Origin: Thermodesulfovibrionales bacterium
GTDB lineage: Bacteria; Nitrospirota; Thermodesulfovibrionia; Thermodesulfovibrionales; UBA6898
Direction: 5' to 3'
Length of the DNA: 64,000 bases
Assembly: GCA_044450345.1 (NCBI GenBank)
Contig: JBIOIY010000005.1
Span: 30,779-94,778 of the forward strand
Shown: in pieces, positions 56,669-64,000 of the stretch
Numbering within the stretch: the stretch's first letter is position 1
Layout of the letters: the number at the start of each line of letters is the position of its first letter
The notes under the pieces: generated by a model
Told to the model about the DNA's origin: nothing
The model's input: only the letters and a program-made list of their open reading frames with translations
Database searches by the model: none
Position numbers and translations under genes: made by a program

Positions 56669-58909
56669 TCAGGGGTTTCCGACGAGCGACCGTTTCAGCG
56701 ATTCGGGAGTATCTTCGATCGACAGCACTTCCTTCATATAGTACTTAACCTTTTCGCCGTCTCCCTTCAAATAGTAGGCCCTCGCCTTGCTGAAGGGGAT
56801 GAGGTAATCCTTCGCGCCGTGTTCCCTGGCCTTCCGGTAAAATCCTTCTGCGGCTTCCTCCTTCCCCATCACGGTCATGACGGTCCCCATGGTAAGATAA
56901 GGCTGATACTGTGAGGGAGATTGTGCAATCGCCCTTGCGGCAAACCGCTCCGCCTTCTCCGGAGGCTCTTTCCTGATCAGCTGGATATCGGCCATATCGG
57001 CCAGCGCAAGTGGATTGAGGGGTTCGAGGGCCAGCGTTTTGACAATATACTTTTCGGCCCTATCGAGGTCCTTCATGCCCAGATACGTCGTGCCGAGGCC
57101 ATAGTAGGCGGCGGCAAAAGACGGGTCGAGCCGGACCGCCTCCTCGTAATTTTCGATCGCCCGGTCAGGGACCCCTTTCTTCGAGAATGCGTCACCAAGC
57201 AGCGTATGAACAATGACCCTGTCCAATCCTGACGTCGACGGCAAAATTATGGTATATGTCTTTAGCGCGCCTTCGATGTCGCCGCTTACGAAAAGGTAAA
57301 AGCCTTTCAGTATAGTCGTCTTTTCACTGTCCTCTATCCTGGCATCCATCAAGGATATCACTCTTTTTGCCACTTCCAGGTCATTCGTAAAAAGTGACAT
57401 CATACCCAGGCTATATGCGGACTCCTGGAAAAAATTTGCCCTTCTCTCCGTCATACTTATTTCCATTACCTCTCGATAATATTGCTTTGCCGACTTCACA
57501 TCCGACATCTTGAGATACGCGTTTCCAAGCGCCTTCATCGCCCTCAGGTTCCGCTGGGTCTTATGAACAGTATCGGTCCACAAGGTAATGGAGTCCTTCC
57601 AATCAAGGTTTCGCTGGAAAGTCAAAAAGCCTAGGCAGATAGACAGAATTACAGTGCCGGTCCACAGGGTCTTCCCGTTGAGAACCCTTTCCCGTAAAGC
57701 AGTCATTGTCAGCAACTGAGAGGCAACGCCGAAGATAAGCCCCGCCGAAGGGAGGTAGTTTCTGTGTTCAAAATACAGGTCTGAACCCACAGCGATAAAA
57801 CTCTCAAGGGAAAGCGCAACAAAATACCAGAGAACCCCGAAGGAAAGAAAAGGCAGTTTCTTCCGCTTGTATATGGAAAAAGATATGATAGCGATTATCA
57901 TAAGAAACGAAGTCAGGGTCGTAACAGGGTTCAACATGCCGGCCGATATCGGAAATCCCCACCAATCGAAAACCAGGAACCGCGGCAACGGCGCGAACAT
58001 CAGAAAAATGTATCTTGCAATTACCCTGAACTCCGTAAGGATATGCTGAAGCGGCGTCCAGTAGACATCGATTGCGGTCCAGCCCGATGCGGCTATCGGC
58101 CGGTTGAACCCTATCAACGTGCTTCCTATCGAGATAAACTGCTTCTTTAGGCCGAGGACGAAATAGGACACCCCGAGCGCCAGCAATACCGCGGTGATGC
58201 CTATGCCGGTCTGCACAAGGCTTTTTTTGCGGTCTTTTTGAAGAAAAAAAAGGTCGTATAACATTAAAAGGGGGATGGCCATGATCCCATTCTCTTTTGA
58301 GAATATCCCCAAGAAAACAAATAACGCAGTCGCTGCATAAAATCCCGTCGACCTAACCATGCTTCCCGACGTCCTGGCCGAGATATAACTTAACAGCGCG
58401 AGAAGGACAAACAGTGTCGCCAGGGACGCCATCCTCTGGACTATATAGGTAACGGCATTGATATTAATCGGATGGAGGGCAAAAACCACAGCGCTCACCA
58501 GCGAGACCGCATATGCATAACGCCCGTACTTATCCCTGAATCCCGGAAGCCGCAAAGTCAGAAAGGCGAGCCGGTAAACGAGCATAGCGTTGACTATATG
58601 GATAAGGATATTGAATAGCCTGTAGTTCAAGGGACTAAAGGGGTCGATGAGCTTGTTCACCTGGAAAGACAGGTAAGCGATTTTCCTGTAGCCGAGGCGG
58701 AGGTTGAGTACGTTTGAGATGTTCTGAAACTGCCCGATAAAGCTGTCGTCAAGCGCCCATGTCCCGTTAAGAGAAGCCGAGTATGCAACAAAAGTCGCAA
58801 TAAACAAAAAGGCCCCGGCCCACAGATGCATAAGCTTTTTCTCTCTGGTGACTTCCGGCGATATCGCCTCCCTATTCGTTTTGGCAGCTTTCTTTTTACT
58901 CTTGCTCAT
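56669..58909 (-). CDS. Multi-TM GT-C glycosyltransferase with C-terminal TPRs (TMTC-like)
   Basis: LDD in first loop, N..IH..N, FALHP...AVTYIVQR, SKENG, EHRNYLP, RN.DW.D..TLW, then TPR repeats. Confidence 0.85.
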   Translation of the reverse strand: MSKSKKKAAKTNREAISPEVTREKKLMHLWAGAFLFIATFVAYSASLNGTWALDDSFIGQFQNISNVLNLRLGYRKIAYLSFQVNKLIDPFSPLNYRLFNILIHIVNAMLVYRLAFLTLRLPGFRDKYGRYAYAVSLVSAVVFALHPININAVTYIVQRMASLATLFVLLALLSYISARTSGSMVRSTGFYAATALFVFLGIFSKENGIMAIPLLMLYDLFFLQKDRKKSLVQTGIGITAVLLALGVSYFVLGLKKQFISIGSTLIGFNRPIAASGWTAIDVYWTPLQHILTEFRVIARYIFLMFAPLPRFLVFDWWGFPISAGMLNPVTTLTSFLMIIAIISFSIYKRKKLPFLSFGVLWYFVALSLESFIAVGSDLYFEHRNYLPSAGLIFGVASQLLTMTALRERVLNGKTLWTGTVILSICLGFLTFQRNLDWKDSITLWTDTVHKTQRNLRAMKALGNAYLKMSDVKSAKQYYREVMEISMTERRANFFQESAYSLGMMSLFTNDLEVAKRVISLMDARIEDSEKTTILKGFYLFVSGDIEGALKTYTIILPSTSGLDRVIVHTLLGDAFSKKGVPDRAIENYEEAVRLDPSFAAAYYGLGTTYLGMKDLDRAEKYIVKTLALEPLNPLALADMADIQLIRKEPPEKAERFAARAIAQSPSQYQPYLTMGTVMTVMGKEEAAEGFYRKAREHGAKDYLIPFSKARAYYLKGDGEKVKYYMKEVLSIEDTPESLKRSLVGNP

Positions 58910-60014
58910 TGACTGTCAATTCTAATGTATATTCAAATTCCTTAGCAATGGAACTCCACAGGAACTTTCTCGAATATTCGCGGCCCCTCGCACCCAATTC
59001 AGTCCTGGCCGCGCGGTCGTTCAGGAGAAAGGTTATTTTGTCCTTCAGTCCTTTCACCGATCCCGAGGTGAACCTGACACCGAAATGATTCTCTTCCACA
59101 AAGTCCATCTCCTCTATATCGCTCACGACGAGCGGCTTGCCGCAGGCTGCAGCCTCCACTATGCTTACCGGCGATGATTCATGCCGGGATGGCAGCACGA
59201 CGATCCTCGCCCCCGACAAAAGGGCCGTCTTTTGCGCGCCCGTCAGAAATCCTGCGTACTCGACCCTATTTTTCACATCCGCCGGAAGCCCCGAAACAAG
59301 CCTCTCAAAACTGTCGAACTCATACCCGGCCATAACAAGCCTTATGCCGGGAAAATCCCGCGCCAGGTCTTCAAACGCCCCCAAAAGGATATCGATCCCC
59401 TTTGTATACACGTCTATCCTGCTGAAAAAAAGTATGTAATCACCGTCCGCAGTTTCCGCGGTCAGGAGCTCTTCATTGACGCCGTTCGGAATGACGCGGC
59501 AGAGTTTCACCGGCCTCGTTATGCCACGCATGACTTTTGCCCTCGTAACGTCAGAGACAAAAATAAAGCGGTCGTGAAGTGACGGATAAAACCTCTCTAT
59601 GGCGTACATAGGGAAAGAATAGAGAGGGTTGAACTTTTTGAACGAATGTCCGTACATCACTCCCTGAACCTGCAGGATCACCGGTGTCTTTGACAAGAAC
59701 CTCGAAAAGAAGGGCGTTGAAGGAAGAAAATTTTCGACTATGATGTCAAAGTCACGGCCGAAATGATGCACGTACCGCCCTGCCTGTATGGTAAAAGCGA
59801 GCACACTCTTCGTAAGACTCTTGCTTTCAGTTCCGACGAAGACGTGTCTGAGCCCATGGACATCTCCATCTCTTGCCCCGGGATATTTCATACAAAGGAA
59901 CGTGGTCTCGTGCCGGTCCTGCAGCCTTCTGTATACCTCGTAAGCCCTCACGCCGGCGCCGCCAATGCCGAAAGGGTTCCCATGACTTTCATAGATGATC
60001 TGAAGAATTTTCAC
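58896..60014 (-). CDS. GT4 glycosyltransferase
   Basis: GGAG, VIPNGV, SRID..KG.DIL, PSRHESSP...EAAACGKP. Confidence 0.9.
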   Translation of the reverse strand: MKILQIIYESHGNPFGIGGAGVRAYEVYRRLQDRHETTFLCMKYPGARDGDVHGLRHVFVGTESKSLTKSVLAFTIQAGRYVHHFGRDFDIIVENFLPSTPFFSRFLSKTPVILQVQGVMYGHSFKKFNPLYSFPMYAIERFYPSLHDRFIFVSDVTRAKVMRGITRPVKLCRVIPNGVNEELLTAETADGDYILFFSRIDVYTKGIDILLGAFEDLARDFPGIRLVMAGYEFDSFERLVSGLPADVKNRVEYAGFLTGAQKTALLSGARIVVLPSRHESSPVSIVEAAACGKPLVVSDIEEMDFVEENHFGVRFTSGSVKGLKDKITFLLNDRAARTELGARGREYSRKFLWSSIAKEFEYTLELTVNEQE

Positions 60015-60099
60015 TTACGCACTGTCAGCAGAAGAAAGGGCCGGCATGCACACCAAGAACGCAAGGATAGAAAACATGAACGATCCCCCATAAGGTACT

Positions 60100-60909
60100 T
60101 TACCCCTTTTTCTTAGGATTTAAGACAAGCTCCTTGAGCTTGTCCGCATCTCTCCCGCCAACGACTACAAGACCGTCGGGCAATATAAGTGTGGGCGTAC
60201 CGCTTATCCCGAGTTCTTCGGCCAGTTTTAGGGTTTCGTCTACGGCCTTTGTTTCGCAATCAGGGCCGGAGATCGGCTTCTTCTCGAAATTGTCCTCCAG
60301 CCTCTGCATGGATCTCGCGCACAGGATACTTTGTGATTTCCAGTAGGCGTCGGGATGGAATTTCAGGGGCATAAGCTTCAGATAAAAGGCTATGTCCTTT
60401 CTTTCGGAAACGATTTTTTTCAGCTCCGTGTGAAGTTTGCCGCAGAAAGGGCATTCCGGATCTGTAAAGACGATCACCTTATAGCGGGCGTCCTTTTCTC
60501 CCAACACCAGGGCGTCGCTGACGGGAATCCTCGCGACGTCGACGTGCCTCTCGGCCGGTTCGTTCATCCCGCTGAGCGACTCTTGAGTCTTATTCGCGGC
60601 CGTCTCAACTTCATATATGGGGCCGGGCATGATATATTTTTTTGAAAAGCCCACATATATTACCCCGCGATTTCCTTTGTCCTCGACCGACACTTCCCAG
60701 AGTCCCCGCACCGGGCTCATCTTTATGTCCAGCACCTTCACATCAGGCGCCTTCATCTTTTCCAGAATCCCATGGACTTCTTTCTGCTCCAGAGAATGGC
60801 ACTTCTGACAGTTTTCCTCGCACCCGCCGAATGCGTACGCGCTACCGCTTAGCAGAAAAAACGAAAGCGCAACAGCAACAAGGCAGGAAAGGACAGTATA
60901 TTTTTTCAT
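60100..60909 (-). CDS. dsbC: DsbC-family disulfide isomerase with N-terminal CxxCH motif
   Basis: Signal peptide from ATG 60909; CEENCQKCH; SPVRGLWEV dimerisation domain; FTDPECPFC; GTPT. Confidence 0.85.
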   Translation of the reverse strand: MKKYTVLSCLVAVALSFFLLSGSAYAFGGCEENCQKCHSLEQKEVHGILEKMKAPDVKVLDIKMSPVRGLWEVSVEDKGNRGVIYVGFSKKYIMPGPIYEVETAANKTQESLSGMNEPAERHVDVARIPVSDALVLGEKDARYKVIVFTDPECPFCGKLHTELKKIVSERKDIAFYLKLMPLKFHPDAYWKSQSILCARSMQRLEDNFEKKPISGPDCETKAVDETLKLAEELGISGTPTLILPDGLVVVGGRDADKLKELVLNPKKKG

Positions 60910-60988
60910 TCGGTTCTTCTCCCTTTCAAAACAGGCATAAGCCATTATAAAACAAAAAACGTTCATTTCACCCTGAAAAAGGCCCGCC

Positions 60989-63115
60989 CTATCTATTCAC
61001 TCTCAGTATGCCTTCCATCTGGCTTATCTTGTGGATAAGTGTCTTCAATTGCGCGAGGTCCCTGACCCCTATGATAAAGGTTATGTGCCCTTTCAGGTCC
61101 TGAGTCGAAACCGCGAGATGGTTAATATTGATGTTGACGGATGAGATCAGGGCCGAAAGGTTCGCCAGGATCCCGGGTTTGTCGACGGTCTCGACAAAAA
61201 GCCTGGCGTTTGCCGTCGCATCGGTTGATGGCTGCCATTCGACATCGACAAGACGGGCGTCCTCGACGACAAGCCGTTCGAGGTTGGAGCAGTCCCGGCG
61301 GTGGACCGTTACGCCCTTGCCTATGGTTACGAACCCGACGAGATTGTCTCCGGGGACGGGATAGCAACACTTCGCAGTATGATAGAGGACGTCATCGATC
61401 CCTTTGATACTTACGCCTTTATGTTCCTTTACGGGCTTCCTCGGCCTGACCGGCTCGGGCTCTTCAGTCGCCTTTTCAGGAAGCAGCCTGTTGACGACCT
61501 GATGGGGGGAAACCTTTCCGAACCCGACCGATACGAAAAGGTCTTCGAGGGAAGTCATGCCGAGGGCCTTCGCCACTTTCAAGATGTCATCCGATTTCAT
61601 GAGCGCATTGCTCATGTTATGCTTCCTGAGTTCACCTTCCAAAAGTTTGATCCCGAGTTCTACGCTCTGGTGCCTCTCCTCGGACTTTATCCACTGCTTG
61701 ATCCTGGTCTTCGCCCGCTGGGTCATGACGAATTTGAGCCAGTCCCTGCTCGGCCCATGCGTCTGGGACGTGATGATCTCGATCGTGTCGCCGTTTTTCA
61801 GTTTGTATCTGAGCGGGACGATCTTCCCGTTTATCTTGGCGCCGACGCATCTGTGGCCTACCTGGGTATGGACGCCGTATGCGAAATCCACAGGAGTGGA
61901 CCCGATAGGCATTTCCTTGATCTCACCCTTAGGGGTGAAGACATACACCACTTCGGGCACGACCTCGCCCTTTACCGCCTCGAGAAAATCCATTGCGTCC
62001 GGAACGTCTTTTTGCACCTGCACGAGGTCCCTGAGCCACGAGATATATTTGCTGCTCTTTTCGTCGAGCGCCCCCTTTTCCTTGTATTTCCAGTGGGAAG
62101 CGATCCCCTCTTCTGCGATCCTGTGCATTTCTTCCGTTCTTATCTGGAACTCAACCCTCTCGCCTTTCGGACCTATCACGGTAGTATGAAGGGACTGGTA
62201 CATGTTCGATTTCGGCACGCCGATATAGTCCTTGAACCTCCCGGGGATAGGGGTCCAGAGAGAATGTATCAGCCCGAGAATGGCATAGCAGTCGGCCTTC
62301 GTATCGGTCAGTATCCTGAGCCCGAGGACATCATGGACCTGTTCGAAGGTAATCCTCTGTTTCTGCATCTTCTGGTAGATTCCGTAATGGTGTTTCACCC
62401 TGCCCGTCACCTTGCCGGGCAGCCCCTCCTCCTGCAGCTTTTTAGTAATAAGCTCTGTAAGTTCTTTTATGTATCCTTCCTGCTCTTCTTTTCTCCTGGC
62501 GACCTTTCTGACCAAATCCTCGTAAAGATCGGGCATCAGGAACTTGAAGCTCAGGTCCTCGAACTCGGCCCGCAGCCAGCCGATGCCGAGCCTGTTAGCG
62601 AGGGGGGCATATATTTCAAGTGTCTCGGCAGCTATCCTCTGGCGCTTATTTTCCGGCAGGTGCTGAAGAGTGCGCATGTTGTGGAGCCTGTCGGCAAATT
62701 TGATCAGTATAACCCTGACGTCTTCGGACATGGCAAGGAGCATCTTTCGGAAGTTTTCGGCCTGGGCCTCCTTCTGCGTCTTGAACTCAACTTTCGAGAG
62801 CTTCGTGAGGGACTCGACGATAAATGCGATCTCCTTGCCGAACAGACTTTTGACATTCTCGATCGTGGTGCCCGTGTCTTCTATGGTGTCGTGCAGCAGA
62901 CCTGCGGCGATTGAAGACGTGTCCATTTTTATGTCGGCAAGTATGTATGCTACGGACAGCGGATGCTTTATGTAGGGCGATCCCTCGCTCCGCTTCTGGC
63001 TGCAGTGGGCCTCCCTCGAAAAATGATATGCGTTTTCCAGGATCTCAAGGTCTTTCCCGTGGCTGTAAGCACGGACCTTGTCAAGGAGACCGTTGAGCGA
63101 CAAAGTGTCGGGCAT
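60989..63115 (-). CDS. relA: Bifunctional (p)ppGpp synthetase/hydrolase RelA/SpoT
   Basis: HD domain (PY..HP, LLHDTIED), ADRLHNMRT, synthetase KDYI..PK.N.YQSLHT and EFQIRT, TGS, CC motif, ACT domain. Confidence 0.96.
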   Translation of the reverse strand: MPDTLSLNGLLDKVRAYSHGKDLEILENAYHFSREAHCSQKRSEGSPYIKHPLSVAYILADIKMDTSSIAAGLLHDTIEDTGTTIENVKSLFGKEIAFIVESLTKLSKVEFKTQKEAQAENFRKMLLAMSEDVRVILIKFADRLHNMRTLQHLPENKRQRIAAETLEIYAPLANRLGIGWLRAEFEDLSFKFLMPDLYEDLVRKVARRKEEQEGYIKELTELITKKLQEEGLPGKVTGRVKHHYGIYQKMQKQRITFEQVHDVLGLRILTDTKADCYAILGLIHSLWTPIPGRFKDYIGVPKSNMYQSLHTTVIGPKGERVEFQIRTEEMHRIAEEGIASHWKYKEKGALDEKSSKYISWLRDLVQVQKDVPDAMDFLEAVKGEVVPEVVYVFTPKGEIKEMPIGSTPVDFAYGVHTQVGHRCVGAKINGKIVPLRYKLKNGDTIEIITSQTHGPSRDWLKFVMTQRAKTRIKQWIKSEERHQSVELGIKLLEGELRKHNMSNALMKSDDILKVAKALGMTSLEDLFVSVGFGKVSPHQVVNRLLPEKATEEPEPVRPRKPVKEHKGVSIKGIDDVLYHTAKCCYPVPGDNLVGFVTIGKGVTVHRRDCSNLERLVVEDARLVDVEWQPSTDATANARLFVETVDKPGILANLSALISSVNININHLAVSTQDLKGHITFIIGVRDLAQLKTLIHKISQMEGILRVNR

Positions 63116-63162
63116 GTCCTATTATACTACTTTGGGTGGGATCGGGATTGAGAAGAGACGAC

Positions 63163-64000
63163 TTACGCACTCGGTCTGAAGGCCCTAAGAACCAGTTGAA
63201 GGTATTTTCCTCCGTTCCATTCATTTACGGTCGGAGTAAAGACCGCATCTATCGTCTCATAAAGGTCGAGTTTGTCGATAAATCCGCCCATATCGAACCC
63301 TATCGCATCGACGCGACAGGACCTCTGGCAGAGCTTCATCCTCACATGCTTGGTCCCTACTATCCTCGGGGACAGAACGTTGACCCTCCGCGCACCGAAC
63401 AGAGGCTCGGGGTTCCCGAGTCCCAGGGGTTCGAGCATGTTCAACTCCTTGATCAATCCGAAGTTCATCTCAGACAGGTTCAAGTCGGCGTCTATCGTCA
63501 GCTCCGCTGCGGATTCGATTTCGCGTACCTCACCGAAAATTGAACGCAGCCTCTTTTCGAAGGCGGCCAGCTTCGACGCCTCGAGTTTGACTCCCGCAGC
63601 CTGTTTGTGCCCGCCGTGACTGATGAGCAGATCACTGCAGTCCGACAGCGCCTTGCAGATATCAAAGGATGGGACACTTCTCGCAGAACCCTTCGCAATC
63701 CCGCCCTTTACAGAAAATATGACCGCCGGCCTTGAAAACTTTTCCGCAAGCCGTGATGCAACGATCCCGACGACGCCTTCATGCCACCCCTGCCCTGAGA
63801 GGACAATCGCGGAGGATGTATCTTTGATGTCGAGCTTCTTAAGCGCCTCCTGAAATATACCCTCCTCTATCCGCTGTCTCTCCGTATTCAGTCTGTCCAG
63901 CCAAACAGCGATCTCCCATGCCTCGTCTTCGGACTCCGTCGTCAGCAACCTGACTACATCTCCCGATGCCGCAAGCCTCCCCGCCGCGTTTATCCTGGGG
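63163..64000 (-). CDS. recJ: ssDNA exonuclease RecJ, 3' part (runs off the window)
   Basis: PRINAAGRL at the window edge, WHEGVVGIVASRL, KGSARS, GGHKQAAG, LEPLGLGNPEP. Confidence 0.93.
   Translation of the reverse strand, partial: PRINAAGRLAASGDVVRLLTTESEDEAWEIAVWLDRLNTERQRIEEGIFQEALKKLDIKDTSSAIVLSGQGWHEGVVGIVASRLAEKFSRPAVIFSVKGGIAKGSARSVPSFDICKALSDCSDLLISHGGHKQAAGVKLEASKLAAFEKRLRSIFGEVREIESAAELTIDADLNLSEMNFGLIKELNMLEPLGLGNPEPLFGARRVNVLSPRIVGTKHVRMKLCQRSCRVDAIGFDMGGFIDKLDLYETIDAVFTPTVNEWNGGKYLQLVLRAFRPSA

Noticed and set aside
61301..62914. 537-aa ORF on the + strand
   Set aside because: Antisense shadow of the conserved relA/spoT gene; no recognisable motifs.

Overview
Bacterial chromosomal window. 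The gene style and content suggest an anaerobic Nitrospirota- or Desulfobacterota-like organism (inference only). Cell-envelope genes dominate: wzc/wza/outer-membrane barrel for exopolysaccharide export (1-4.7 kb); a split type II secretion system (gspE-F-H-I-J-K-L-M-C at 32-40 kb, gspD at 53-55 kb, no gspG); and a Wzm/Wzt glycan locus with sulfotransferases, two sigma54-driven surface-protein genes, a TMTC-like GT-C glycosyltransferase, dsbC, relA/spoT and partial recJ. The most notable locus is an operon at 9.1-19.8 kb. It encodes a ~2570-aa secreted adhesin-like protein ending in a gingipain-type C25 protease, PqqD/RRE, a radical SAM/SPASM enzyme, a 59-aa Cys-rich precursor peptide absent from the ORF track (18219-18398, YxxPxL leader), an HPr-kinase-like protein and an S24/S26 peptidase. 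This is a candidate RiPP system tied to a surface protease/adhesin. Also present: an orphan flagellar regulatory cassette (flgM, fliA, flhG, sigma54 activator) with readable sigma28, sigma54 and FleQ-like sites, a Ser/Thr kinase with an FHA-adenylate cyclase, tRNA-fMet, a DUF1998 helicase and a frameshifted cupin gene.
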